Positions 12,546 to 25,820 of a DNA stretch of 64,000 nt are shown piece after piece (position 1 is the stretch's first letter; each line of letters begins with the position of its first letter). The notes beneath the pieces were generated by a model. That model was not told the origin of the DNA. It worked only from the letters and a program-made list of their open reading frames with translations, and did no database searches. The translations under genes were made by a program, and so were the position numbers. Location: contig NC_057719.1 of assembly GCF_004010195.1 (NCBI RefSeq), forward strand, positions 67,793,873-67,857,872, in the 5' to 3' direction. Source of the DNA: Chiloscyllium plagiosum. Lineage: Eukaryota.

Positions 12546-14652
12546 CAGCAACCATCTGCAACTGCCATCCACGAAGGTGAGATCAGACACATATCAGCCT
12601 CAGTCAGCAACTTAGCATCATGAGTTCCAGATCATTACAATTGAGAAAGTGAGCAATGGTTAGGCCTGGAGATCCTCATTATATCCTCATTGCTGGTCTT
12701 CAGCTCACTTGTAATAAAGCTGTACACTTCAATGCTGACCTATGGAATGCACTAACACCTTTTGTTGTAATGCTACTGCCAAAGCTGCTTTGCACAAAGG
12801 GTCAGACATCCAACTTGTGCATCACAGCAAGGCGTACCCTCAGCACACTTTACTTGCACTGCTTGTGTCTTCTTTGCTTACAGCATCTCCACCACGCGTT
12901 GCTTGCCTTTTTGCACTTTCTAGTCTCATTCAGAACTTACAGGCTTACAGTAATTCTGTCTTGCCTTGCTGTTTCACACAAATGTAAAGCCAGGCAGCTG
13001 CACTGGATGTCAGTTGTGATCAGTTAAGAGAGTGGACATATTGTTCTATGGCACTGTGTTATGTCAATGTTACATCTGCATGTGCCAGGAATATATGGGA
13101 CAAATGCACTGATGTTTAAACCAAATGGCTGTAATTAAAAACCTAAGAGGAGTGGTCATCAGTTGAGTCAAGGGAGATTGTTGTCCATCAGAAGGTCCTG
13201 CCACAGTCAGTCAATGGAGGCCTCTGCCATCAGCCCATGTCCTGAACATGGTCAGTCAGCAAATTAGCATCAGGAGTTCTAGGTCATTACAGGTTAGGCC
13301 TGTAGATCATTTGCAACGTGTCAAGGGATTAGTAGCAAATCAGTTGGAGAGCTACACTGAGGTCAGTCTGAGATCTACTCAACATCAGCCAGGGTTGTCC
13401 TTCGATGCCCATCAGGGAATCCACGGTCCGTCCTAGGGGTCGATCCACTGAAAATCAGTGGATTTTCAGAGGCCAATGCCGTCATGGGGAGTCACTGTGA
13501 AGATTGGAACATGCTGGGATGCAAAAGGGACAGTAATTGTGAAGTAGGAAACTAACCATATAAGGGTGGGAGACAATAGTGCACAGGAGGATATAGATTA
13601 CTGTGGGAGAGGAGTTACTGATAGTCACTACCACTTCAACAGGGGGGCAGTACATCACAAAGATTAGCACAGCTAAATTGTAGATGTTAATCAGTTTGCT
13701 CAGAGATACTTCTGGAGCAGATAGGACTTGAACCCAGGCCTCCTGGCTCAGAGATGGGGGCGCTACCACTGCACCACAAGGGTTCCTAAATTTCTCATGG
13801 TAGATATTTTCTAAACAACCTATTCAACAAAGTTAGTACACACCCTGGAGCAGGAGAATTTTCTGGCTCAGACTACCTCTGCACCACAACATCCCTCCTC
13901 TCAATGAACAAGTTGAGCCTACAATTGAGTTACCGTCCAGTAACCCTGTGTTACCGTCCAGTCTGATCAAATTCTCAGATTTTTGAATTCAAATTCCAGC
14001 CTTTGCCATAATGAGATTTGAATCCATGTTTCCTTGAACATGAGGCTTGTGTTCTGGATTACTAGTTCAGTAACATTACCACAATGCTGCCACCACCTCC
14101 TCCCCTTATCCACCCTCTTCACTGTCTCCCTGGCTGTGACTGACTAACTCAGCAGAGGTCAAAAGTTGTAGTTGAGACTCCCTTGGTCGGCATGGCTACG
14201 TATCATGCCATTCAGTTGATTTCCTTATTATCAAGGGAGCAACTGCCAGCATTCTTTGCAGTAAATCCTGATGGCAAACTACATTTCCTATCATCTTAGA
14301 GATTAGTGTTGGCTAGGGGCAACTGATAGATAATGTTTGAAGACAATCATATGAAGCAGAACACAGACAGATATGCAATGGGGAATATCAAGCCAAAGAG
14401 AGTTAACAGCCACAGTACCTTAATTAGGAAAAAGGGGACTTGATTTTTTTTATGATGAGGGTAATTCCAGCAAAATTATTTATTTAAAAGCCAATTTTTA
14501 AAAAATCATTATGAGCGTTCTCTTTTAGATTCACTCAATGGTTATTTTGTTTTACACTGTGCAACAGTATACTATTTAAATTTTAATGTAAACTTTATTT
14601 TCATTTTTGTAAGGATGTAATCAATGCCTGTGTTTTGCTTTAACACACTCAC

Positions 14653-14709
14653 ACCACTTGAGTTCATGTTTCCTATTTGGGTGAATCCAACCGACTAATT
14701 TATCCTCTT
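14653..14709 (-). CDS. Unidentified gene candidate exon: (K)EDKLVGWIHPNRKHELKW
   Basis: catatctgttag|AA ... GGT|gtgagt. 57 nt, phase 1->1, joins exon 22981-23050 in frame. Confidence 0.5.
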
Positions 14710-14920
14710 CTAACAGATATGTAGAAATTAGGTTCAAATGCAGTGTGAAAGCGGGTACTGCTGTACCGAGAAACCATGCAAACTACAGGGGGTTCAGGTT
14801 CAAACCAGGGCAATAGCAATGCTGCAATGATATTGGCATTACTGATTCGAGGTAGGAAATAACTATATTTTCTACCTTAATGTCTATGTGAATCCTGCTG
14901 GAATTTCTGCATGTTGGAAT

Positions 14921-15820
14921 TGTTTTGGATAAGACCAGACTCCCTCAAAATATTTTAAGGTGGTAGCCTGGATCCTGACATTTTCTTATTTTACCGAGTA
15001 AAGTGCTATGTTCCAGGTGCAATTTGATTGTCAATCTACTCAACATTAAGCAAAATATAATGTATTTAAACACTATAGTTAAAACGCAACAAAAGAAAGA
15101 AGAACTTTAAATAACTTAATACTATTTGAAGACTTAACAGAATAATATATGCAGTAACTATTATTAATTAAATATTCCAATATTCTCATTAACACACCCA
15201 TTAGGAAACAGGCAAATTCAGAAATCAGATTTTCTCACATGCAATACCTGCAGAAGGAAGAGAAACCCCAGCTTCTAGCTGTAATCAAGAGAAGGAAAAA
15301 AATAGCTTCTACTTCTTCAAGACTCGAGCAGCTTCTGCTGAATCTATTATGGTGGATCAGTGGTTAGCATTAATGCCTCACAGCACCAGGGTCCCAGGTT
15401 CAATTCCAGTCTTGGGGCAACTGTCTGTGTGGAGTTTGCACATTCCCCCTGTGTCTGTGTGGGTTTCCTCCCCCATCCCAAAGATGTGTGGGTCAGGTGA
15501 TTGGCCATGCTAAATTGTCCATAGTTGTTAGGTGCATTAGTCAGAGAGGGGGGGGGGGTTGGTGTGGACATGTTGGGCTGAAGGGCCTGTTTCCACACTG
15601 TAGGAAATCTAATCTAAAGCTTAAGAAAAAGTGCTAGAAATCATGATCAATGAGAGCTGATTACACCTATCCAGGCTACTTCTATTGTTCCAACTTTTAA
15701 AAAAAACCAAAGCCTCACAAGCTGTCTACATTATCACAGACTGCTTGACTCCTCTCATTCAATCTCTCTCTTAAAAGAAACCAGGACAAAATACATCTCT
15801 TAAAGCCACATCATCATCAT
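14921..15820. mobile_element. Possible solo LTR-like repeat interrupted by a SINE
   Basis: Begins TGTT and ends atcatcata (decayed CA terminus). Non-coding and split by the SINE at 15348-15616. The TSD is not clean and the family is not verified. Confidence 0.35.
15348..15616 (+). mobile_element. tRNA-derived SINE
   Basis: A-box ggtggatcagtggtt, B-box ggttcaattcc, tail gggctgaagggcctgtttccacactgtagg. Confidence 0.9.
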
Positions 15821-16184
15821 AGGACAATAATGTTCTTGGCTGTGCTGGTCTCTCTGGTTAAGAACATCTCAACTAAAACTCTTCCAATTCCTGCAAAAGG
15901 AAAGGTTATTTGGATGATAACACCTGATGGATTCTATGGGTGGGATCTTCTGTTCTACCATTTAAGTCTGGCATTGGGGACAGAGTCACTTTCTCTCAGA
16001 GGCAGGCTGGAGTTTCTCATTCGGTTGTCAGCTCATTAGGTACGTTTGCGCATGAATTTCGACAAGGGGTCAAAGGTCTTGGCACCATACCTAAAGAGTA
16101 GCTGAGCTGTCATTCATTCACTACAAGATCAGTCAGTTTCTGTTGGTCACCCCCATGCCACTCAGTCCCAGAGATATCATACAC

Positions 16185-16330
16185 AAGATAGATAATGGCC
16201 CCAGCAGTGTCTTGCTGGATAGTCTCCTCTCAGCTATCCAGCAAAGGCAGGAGGTCCTGTTCCTCAAGGATAGCAGCAGGAGCCCCTCCTCTCTGCCCAT
16301 GATGGCATGGTTGGAAATCACGCGTTAGTA
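16185..16330 (+). mobile_element. Decayed Myb/SANT-like ORF (Harbinger accessory relic)
   Basis: LLDSLLSAIQQRQEVLF...AWLEI matches the L..V..R..VLF...AW.EI Myb/SANT-like pattern. Confidence 0.5.
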
Positions 16331-18599
16331 CCCGTAAGATCCACAGAGGAACTGGGAGTTATATCAGTCCCAGAGCATTAACTCTGTTTCTCTGTCCCCA
16401 GCTGGTACCAGATGTGCTGAGTTTCTCCAGCATTTTCTCTTGCGTGGAATCATAGAATTCTTAAAGTGTGGAAGCTGGCCATTCAGCCCATTGAGTCCAC
16501 ACTGGCCCTCCAAAGAATATCCCATCCGGGGACACTTACCCCTTCCACCCCTGCCCTATCCCTATAACCCTGCATTTCCCATGGATAATCCACCTAGCCT
16601 GCACATTCCTGGTCACTTGTCTTTCAATTCTGTGTGTCAACTGAAACTTTTGACATAAAGAGCAGAGATGGAGATTTGGCACCAGTTCCCCACCTTCTTG
16701 GTGGGTTTCCTACCCTTTCCAGGTACAAAGATGATTCACATTATTTCTGCTTCTTCCCCAGCTGCTTTGCACTCTTTTTTTAGCTGAGGAAATGGTGGCA
16801 TAAAGTTTTCATCCCTTTCAGAAGTTTTAGTTGTTCAATAAAAATTTGTTTAAACTTGAAGATTATTAAATTCTTCTTCTGAAGGAGTTAGATGCAGTCC
16901 TTAGGGCTAAGGGGATTGAAGGGGATGGGAAGAAAGTGAGAACACGTACTGAGTTGGAAGATCATCCATGATTATATTGAATGGCAGACCAGGCTCAAAG
17001 GACCCAGTGGTCTACTACACTTATTTCTATGTTTCTATGCTTTAACATTTTATCCTGGAATAAGATAAATTTTATTTCTGGTTTACCAAATTTCATAATG
17101 AATCGACTTGTGTTAGAATAGTTGCCCTACAACTTATAGCGACAATCTGTAATAGCGTAAAAGACACTTGTTTAACAAATATAATGATTTAAGTTTTCTT
17201 TTAGCTTTCCAGCCCAGAAGTTTACCATGAATGTAAATATTTTCACCCTTTCTCTGAGGAACTGTTTTGAATTCTGGCATCATCTGCCTTTTGTCCCACA
17301 CCATACCTTGATTTTCTCCATCCAGTTTTCATGAAACTCCTTCTGGCTCTTCATAATTCTTTACATTTTACTTTCCCTGATTCTGGCTGATTTAAGCTTC
17401 TACAGAGAGACTGCTGCTGCTGCCGCTGCTGCTGCTATAACCTGCTCTGTGCTGAGCTGCTGGCTACTGCTGTTTCAGGGGTTGAGTGGTACTGAGTTCC
17501 TTTTTAAAAGCTGCGGAATTCTTAAAGAAGCACACATATTTTTGGTGAAAATTTTTTCTTCGTCCTTCTCTTTGTGGATTCTTACACTGGTGAAGACTTC
17601 TTCAGCCTCAAAGCAGCTCACACTGTATTTTTGGTATCTCCTGTAAGAGATAGCCACAGATGGAATCTGTTTTTGTTGATGTGGAGGAACCGGTGTTGGA
17701 CTGGCATGTACAAAGTTAACAATCACACAACACCAAGTTATAGTCCAACAGTTCTATTTGGAAGCACCGAAAGTTAGTGCTATAATGCTATAACCTGTAG
17801 TTGTGTGATTTTTTAATTCTGTTTTTGGTACAGTTTTCTTTTGGTCAGATTTGACATCAGCAACCCTTCTTGTCTCATTGTGGTTCAAGAGACACATGGG
17901 TCTTGAGTGGTGATGGATTAACAAACCTTCAGAAGAAGTGGCACATGTTTCAGTTCATTGCATACTAAGTTGACAGCTTGTATTTTGTTAAGACTGGTTG
18001 ACCATATCAACTGATAGAAAACATGAATATCTCCTAAGAGATGCCAGGCTAACAGGTTGACATTCAAGGTAAGACCAACATATACACACACAACACATCG
18101 TTTCACTTCTCACAGAGATAGTCATCTAAATCTTGCTCAGCAGAACTATGTAAAGGCTTTGAATTAAGCAGACAATGCAATGTAACTTAAATAACTCAAT
18201 TATCTCCACCCAAATCAGAAACAGCAAGACAGTATGACTTAAAAAAAATTACCAACCAAATTGTCAGTAGCTCATTCGTTTTGATATCTGGTAGCTTTAA
18301 GATTGTCACCAGACTGTCTGCTTCATCACTTTCCTGGCTTCTTCATGTCCATCGGCAACACCCTTGCCCCATCACCTTCCTTTCCTACATCAGAGGAAAC
18401 ATCTCCATCCTCCACCTCACTCTCTGTAAAGATTTCCCCACTTTGTTGAGTGAAATATTGCATGGCAAAACACCTCCACAATGTTATGGGGTCCTCTGCA
18501 TTGGAAATACTGCAATGTACTGTTTCAGCAGTCCAAACATTTGAATCTCTTTATCACTAAACCTATCACCTGTATAGTGGTGGCCTTTGTGGAGGCATG

Positions 18600-19200
18600 G
18601 GTGGCTTTATATCTGTCGCACTTCAGACTCCTCAATGGTGTCATCAGTCAGCTTTTTGAGATGCACCACTTGTCTCCCAACAGCCTACCTTGCAAGAGAT
18701 GTAGTGCATTCGAGCTTTTGTCAATTGTGAGTGCTCCATAATGTAGGCATTATGAGAGCTCCCCAAGTAAAACGCACAAACCTGGAGGATAGGGCTGTTG
18801 TGATCACACTAATGAGGTAAAAACCTTCCTTTGTTGAAGAAGACAACTGGCAAATTCCCGGGAGCTCTAATGGCAACATGTGTGCAATCTATAATCCCTT
18901 GTAGCTGTGGGAATCCTGTGATCAAAGCATGGCTGCCTCGCAAATTCTGGCGGTCATTGACTGTGGTGTCCCACAAAGTTTCCCAGTGACAATCTAAAAT
19001 ACAAGCTGCTGCAACAATAAATTCAAGGCCACAGTGGCGTTCAAGGTGACCAGCATGGGATTTGTTCCCTGGTTTTTGCAAACACAGATCCTTATTCAAC
19101 AGCTGGCACATGCAGGAGGCAACCTCCTGGAATATTCTCAGGTACCTCCTGCACTGCCTTTTCATTAATTGAATGCAGATGCAGTGCCTCTGTATATGTG
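18600..19200 (-). mobile_element. PIF/Harbinger (HARBI1-like) transposase relic
   Basis: ORF 18809-19219 contains GFPQLQGIIDCTHVAIRAP...FFNKGRF, the first catalytic Asp motif (GAIDCTH) of Harbinger DDE transposases. Confidence 0.8.
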
Positions 19201-19375
19201 GATCAATGCTCATTATCATTGTTGCTCCTGGCTGCCTACATCTTGCATCTCTGGAGGCTCTGACATTGTTGTTACTGTTCCAAGAGTCTTCTGTGTTTGT
19301 TTCTTCTCAGCTGCAAATGGCCACAAGGAAGGCAGGGTTTTTCTGGGCCATTGTTCTTTTGATTCAGACAATCTG

Positions 19376-19727
19376 GGCAGCACGGTGGCTCAGTGGTTAG
19401 CACTGCTGCCTCACGGCGCCAGGGACCTGAATTTGATTCCAGACTCGGGCGACTGTCTGTGTGGAGTTTGCACGTTCTCCCCGTGTCTGTGTGGGTTTCC
19501 TTGGGGTATCCTGGTTTCCTCCCACAATCCAAAGATGTGCAGGTTATGTCAATTAGCCAAGCTAAATTGCCCATAGTATTCAGGTATGTGTAGGTTATGT
19601 GCATTAGTTAGGGGTAAATGTAGAGTAACAGAGTTGGGGAATAGCTCTGGATGGGTTGCTCTTTGGAGGATCAGTGTGGACTTGTTGGGCCAAATGGCCT
19701 GTTTCCACACTGTGGGGATTATATGAT
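19376..19727 (+). mobile_element. tRNA-derived SINE, near full length
   Basis: gggcagcacggtggctcagtggttagcactgctgcctcacggcgccaggga ... tail ggcctgtttccacactgt. Confidence 0.92.
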
Positions 19728-20339
19728 TTGCTGATGCATTGCATATTTCCTTCTAGCTATCATATTCTTTGAGGCGTTCCTCCAAATCTGATCCTTTGAA
19801 CTCATGCTAAGCCTTGCATTTTGCTTCTGTCCTCCCCTAGCCTCTTCCCCATTCACGTTGCCTACTATGGTCAATACCATACTTTGCAGCCACAAAACAT
19901 AGTTCCTTGTGATATGACATTCATGTCTCTGGAGGTCCTGCGCATTGACCAGGTAATTAAAGCATGTCTACGCATCCTTCCTCACAAAATACTGAGTTCC
20001 ATTCAGTAACCTCTAGCCAGTATGTGCTTGCCTTGCCTTGCAATCATTGACATGTCATCTATTTCTTTGACTGCCACTATCAGGGAAACTGGAGACTCCA
20101 GTCAAGAAGACTTGCTATCATCAACTGGACCTCTTAATGGAAGCATATTTCTATGTATATGTCCAATTTTCACACATTACACAATGCCAGTCAGTTCACG
20201 ATGTACTCTTGTTCCACACCTTGCTGGAATCTCGCTATAAAGCAACCCTGGAATGTTAGAGTGATGTTAGTTTCTTAGATATTGGACCATGGGGGGCAGA
20301 GCTCAGCTGAGCTTCATTCTCCTGGTTTTCATGATTAAC

Positions 20340-21008
20340 TGGGTGGCCGCCTCCTTGCGGATCGGTTCAGAGGCCGCCTACTTGCGGAACGGTTCAGAGC
20401 CCCACCACCAGGGATATATTTCCCTCTCCTCCCCTATCAGCTTTCCGAAAAGACCACTCCCTCCGTGACTCCCTTGTCAGGTCCACACCCCCNNNNNNNN
20501 NNNNNNNNNNNNNNNNNNNNNNNNNNNNNNNNNNNNNNNNNNNNNNNNNNNNNNNNNNNNNNNNNNNNNNNNNNNNNNNNNNNNNNNNNNNNNNNNNNNN
20601 NNNNNNNNNNNNNNNNNNNNNNNNNNNNNNNNNNNNNNNNNNNNNNNNNNNNNNNNNNNNNNNNNNNNNNNNNNNNNNNNNNNNNNNNNNNNNNNNNNNN
20701 NNNNNNNNNNNNNNNNNNNNNNNNNNNNNNNNNNNNNNNNNNNNNNNNNNNNNNNNNNNNNNNNNNNNNNNNNNNNNNNNNNNNNNNNNNNNNNNNNNNN
20801 NNNNNNNNNNNNNNNNNNNNNNNNNNNNNNNNNNNNNNNNNNNNNNNNNNNNNNNNNNNNNNNNNNNNNNNNNNNNNNNNNNNNNNNNNNNNNNAGCCTA
20901 CTGGACACACTTTCCTCATTCCTAAAGAAGGGCTTATGCCCGAAACGTTGATTCTCCTGTTCCTTGGATGCTGCCTGACCTGCTGCGCTTTTCCAGCAAC
21001 ACATTTTT
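20340..21008 (+). mobile_element. Penelope-like element spanning the assembly gap
   Basis: The left flank translates as PTTRDIFPSPPLSAFRKDHSLRDSLVRST (PLE RT/GIY-YIG linker). The right flank carries the same terminal repeat as 46908-47113, with a mutated hammerhead core (ctaaaga...gaaacgtt). Confidence 0.75.
20493..20894. other. Assembly gap (N run)
   Basis: Continuous run of N. Confidence 1.
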
Positions 21009-22980
21009 GGCCCTTTATTCAGCCAACAATTTGAAGTAATAACTCCATCTATCTGGAAACAGCTTCATCCATTTTGTGGTCACTGATTATTTATCAAAGT
21101 ATGACACAGCAATCCAAAACAGAAAATAGTACATGTCACCTTTATTTAAGGCTCCAGGCACTTTCCACTCTCTCAGTCATCCACCAAGACCCTCCCCTTC
21201 TTATTTTACCCATGTTTTATATTCTTTCCCCTGTAACCATGCAATCTCTGCCAATGCCCTGGACCCAGTTATAAGTTATGTTGACATGTCTGCAGAACAC
21301 ATACCTGCCAATGATCCTATGCCTCTCCTTATGCCAATCCCGTCAATATTTGCACTCCACTTTTCAATCCCTATGAGACCACACAGTACCTGCCATGACC
21401 CTCATACTCCCACTCTAAAGGATCTAACACCCCTCTCCCTGTCAGCATACCCTCTGGCTCCCAATTGCCAAATTTAAAATGCAAGGACACGGACCTGGAA
21501 AATAGCACCACTGCTGTTTAGACACGACCGTCTCTTATGATCACCACCCTGAAAATCTCTCACCTACCCAACAAAAGGATCACATCATGACTGACAGGAT
21601 TACTGGTTGCCCCCTTGGCCCCTGGGTGCTCTAGCAGCCTGCACTGGACAGTTTACCTCTCTTGTCCCAGGACACCCTTGCTGCCTTGTGTCACCTTTGC
21701 TACAAATTTCCTGACAGACCCTTTCTTCTTCGTGCCACATCATCTCCACCAAAAACCCAGCCTCTTTTCCTCCCTGCTGCAGTTTTCACTCTATGCTACC
21801 CTGGAGACCTACCCTTTCATCCTGCCTTCTATTGCCTTTGCTCCACTCTGCCATGGAGACTCAGACTTCCTCCCTCCCTTATGCTGTCTTCAGTCATCTT
21901 GGAGCACTGACCCCTGATCTCCATCAAAAACATAGCTGTAAAAATGTATCATTAGAGGTGGACATAATTGGGGCTGAAGTACACTATCTCCCCTCCAACA
22001 CTATTTTGACTTAACCCCTCTTTCTTTTTCTACCTTTCCTTAACATTTCTTACTAGTAGAAAATAGTACATGTCACCTTAAGGCTCCAGGCACTTTCCAC
22101 TCTCTCAGTCATCCACCAAGACCCTCCCCTTCTTCCTTCACCCATATTTTATATTCCTCCCCCTGTAACCATGCAATCTCTGCCAATGCCCTGGACCCAG
22201 TTATAAGTTATGTTGGCATGTCTGCAGAACCCATACCTGCCAATGATCCTATGCCCCTCCCCTGGTAGGCAGTGATTATAAATTGCTTGTTTAGTTGATT
22301 ATTTGAGTGATTTAGTTGCCAGATACGAAAAAGTATTAATTAATTAAAAACATTTTGCTACTGAAAACAAAATTTAACAAACAAAATATATTGCTCAAAA
22401 GACAAAGCAGCAACTACTTACACTTACACCCAGGAGGAAACCTACCTAAACCTCATCTAGGTAGTTTGGTTTATGAATACTCATATTTCCCAATTAGGAA
22501 GTAATTAATTGATAAGGGGGGCTTGATCATGGAAAGATGTAAGTGAATGCACAATGGTAGTGCCCCTACCTGTAGACCGAGAGACCCAAGTTGCTCCCAC
22601 CTGCTCCAGAGGTGTATAATAACATCTCTGAACAGGTTGATCAGACATCTGAATTAATGATTAAAAAACATGAAGTGAATGCAGATGGGTTTCCCAACAC
22701 TTACTATCAGGAAGTTCATACCACCTTTAAATTTCCAAGGAAATTCAATAGCTCATCGTTCTGTCAGAATTGTGAATTTTGATCTCTCACCTGATTACAT
22801 TCCCCTGCCCTCTTTTCTTTCTGATTGTGGTAGCAGCACAGAATCCCATATGTCCATGGTCCTGTTTCCCTACAAGATCTAGCATGTAAATGAGAGAAGA
22901 GGAGAAATCTGGGAAAAGATTAACAACAAGTGCATTTTTCCATTTCATATTCGAAATATACTGATTTTCTCATAACTCAC

Positions 22981-23050
22981 TGGTAACTCGGGCTTGATTA
23001 ATATAAAAACGCCATGAAGTCAGGTGAATTTGGAATTGATTCTTGTGATC
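22981..23050 (-). CDS. Unidentified gene candidate exon: DHKNQFQIHLTSWRFYINQARVT
   Basis: gtttccaaactag|GAT ... CCA|gtgagt. 70 nt, only one open frame (phase 0->1). Confidence 0.55.
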
Positions 23051-23699
23051 CTAGTTTGGAAACATTGATATTCCTTTACTGTAGCTGACCACAGTGTGTG
23101 ATCAATTGCAATAAATAAACGACTTCTCAGAAAGATCTGTTTTTCATCATATTTAATTTTCCAGTCAGTATCTTCAGCTAAACCCCATGACAAGTCCTAA
23201 GCTGTGTGTATCTAAACAAAATGCGCCAGGTTGTGCCACGTGTTCATTTAATCTATGCAAATATCTTTGACCCTGGAAATTGGGATGGGTTATGGATAAG
23301 GGGTTGATGCCTTATGATTAAGGCATTACTAGTGAGCAGTTGGACAGACCTCCCTCTCTCTTTGAGCCCTGTGCCCAGGAGTTCACTGAAAAACACTGAG
23401 ACACGTTTCACAACAGTTAGTCATTGACTGAGATCACCAGAAAAGTGTTACTGAACCTGATAAAGTCACTGATGCCTGGAAGTGGTCTACTAGAGAATGC
23501 AATAATAGTTTAAAACCATTATGGTTGATATCCATAGACCTTAACTGGAACCCAGATTATAGTGCCATTTTTCAATAACTATCCTTGTTGTTCACTGGGT
23601 AATGAAGATCAGTTTAAAAAATAGGAGCAGAAATACACCTTATGACCCCTTAGACCTGCTCTGTCATTTAATATGATGATGGCTGATGTTCTTTCTCAA

Positions 23700-24170
23700 A
23701 AGGAGGTTCACTTGATTGCCTACAGAGCTGACGGGCTTTGACTTCGAAGAGAGAGATTGAACAGTTTAGGCCTAGACTCTCCAGAGTTTAGAATAATGAG
23801 ACAGAATCTCATTAAAGTATAGAAGATGCAAAAGGGGGTTGACAGAGTAGATGTAGAGAGGATGCATCCTCTTGTTGGACAGTCTAGAACGAGATGTCTT
23901 TATTTTTAAGATAAGGAGTCGCAGACTTAAAACACAAATGAGGAGTAATTGCTTAATTCAAAGGGTTGTGAATTTTTGGAAATCACTGCCCCAGAGTACA
24001 GTGGATGCTGAGGCATTAAATAAATTTAAGGAGGCAATAGGTTTTTAATTACTAATGAATTGAAGAACGAAGCAGGCAAGTGGAGTTTAGGCTTAAATGA
24101 GATCAGCCATGATTGTGTAAATTAGCAAAACAGGCTTGAAGGACTGAATTGCCTACTCCTGTTCCTATGT
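23700..24170 (+). mobile_element. CR1 3' fragment
   Basis: gagagattgaacagtttaggcctagactctccagagtttagaataatgag (ERL..LGL.S.EFR.MR) plus 3' UTR. Confidence 0.75.
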
Positions 24171-24794
24171 CTTTACGTTCAGTTTCCCACCTGCTCCTCA
24201 TAATCCTTGATTCCCTATAATCTGAACCTTGAAAATGGCTTTGCTGGGGCTTTGTGTGAAATCTCATTTGTAAGATTCTATTGAGCAATACTTCAACCAA
24301 GCTTTCAATGATTTAATCAAACAAAAGAACACAAATGTTGAGATAGGATTTTAAAATATGGTTCTTTATTTTCAACAAGTACATAATTTGGTTGAATTTG
24401 TTTGCCACTATCCTGGAGGAGAATAGTTAGGAGAGATATTGATTGGCATAAATCTTTTTGTCTAAACAATTTCCTTCCTTTATTACCATGGCTGCAGCTG
24501 CCAGAAAATATGATGGTGCAATAATTAAAGTGGTCTAGCAATCAGAAGAACAGAGGTGAATGGTAAAAAAATTACTGAGTGGCATATTTCTTCTCTTCCT
24601 AAACTGACTTAAGTTTTAATCTTGGTAATAAGCTCCAATGGACAAATTTAGGAACACTGAAGGTTAAGAAAATCAATTTTGATACTCATCACTACTGATT
24701 ATTTCATAATTGGAAAGATTATTGATTAATGGAAAAGTTTAACATTTCAGTTTTTCAAATCTATACTAACAAAGTTATGACTCACTCATCAAAC

Positions 24795-25820
24795 AAATGT
24801 TTTAAAGACTGGAGGCCTGTGACGACCAGTGTTCCACAGGGATCAGATCTGCATTTTCTTTTGTTTGTCATTTATATAAGTAATTTGGATGAGAAAATAG
24901 AATGCATGGTTAGTAAGTTTGCAGAAGACACCAAAATTGGGAGAATTGTAGACACTGAAGAAAGTTTTCTAAGATTACAAAAGGATCTTTATCAAATGGG
25001 TCAATGGGCTGAAAAATGGCAGATGGAGTTCAATCTGAATAAATGCATTTTGGTAAAACAAACAAGGGTAGGGCTTATACAATTAATGGTAAAGATTTGG
25101 GTAGTGTTGTAGAACAGAGGATCCTAGGGGCACAGGTACATAATTCTTCGAAGTTTGCATCACATATAGAAGGGGTGGTTAAAGAAGTGTTTGGCACACA
25201 TGCCTCCATCGCTCAGTCCTTTGAGCATCAGAGTTGGGAAGTCATGTTGAGGTTGTGCAGGACATTGGTGAGACCTCTTCTGGAATACCCTTGTACTGTG
25301 TCCAGTTCTGGTTGGCCACATAGAGGAAGGACATTATCAAGTTGGAGAGGATTCAGAAGAGATTTACCAGGATATTGCTAGACATGGAAGATTTGAGTTA
25401 TAAAGAAAGGCTGGATAGGCTGGAACTTTTTTCTCTAGGATGTAGGAGGTTGACAGGCAATTTGATAGAAGTTTACAAGATAATGAGAGGGTATAGATAA
25501 GTTAGTGGTAGTTTTCTTTACCCTAGGATGGAGCATTTCAAGACTAGCGGGCACATTTTTAAGATGAGAGGAGAGAGATTTAAAAAAAAACATAAGAGGC
25601 AATTTTTTTACCCAGAGGATGGCTTGCATGTGGAAAAAACATCCTGAGAAAGTAGTGGATGTGGGTACAATTACAATGTTTAAAAGACATTTGGATAGAT
25701 ACATGAAAAAGGAAAGGTTTGGAGGGATATGAGTCAGGAGCAAGCAGGTGGGACTAGTTCAGTTTAGGATTATGTTCATCATTGGACCAAAGGTTCTGTT
25801 TCCATGGTCTGTGACTCTAT
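24795..25820 (+). mobile_element. CR1 LINE, 5'-truncated
   Basis: ORFs 24729-25112 (SVPQGS...SKFAEDTK...WAEKWQMEFN) and 25043-25381, then 3' UTR. Confidence 0.9.

Noticed and set aside
17300..17730. Purine-rich minus-strand segment with CAG-like repeats resembling an exon
   Set aside because: Stops in all frames between the apparent splice sites; likely a decayed repeat.
19376..19450. tRNA genes at SINE heads (also 15348, 51310, 58188, 63108)
   Set aside because: A/B boxes are present but are followed by SINE body or lack a complete cloverleaf.
20437..21034. Long ORFs of 160-189 aa
   Set aside because: Artefacts of translating through the N gap.
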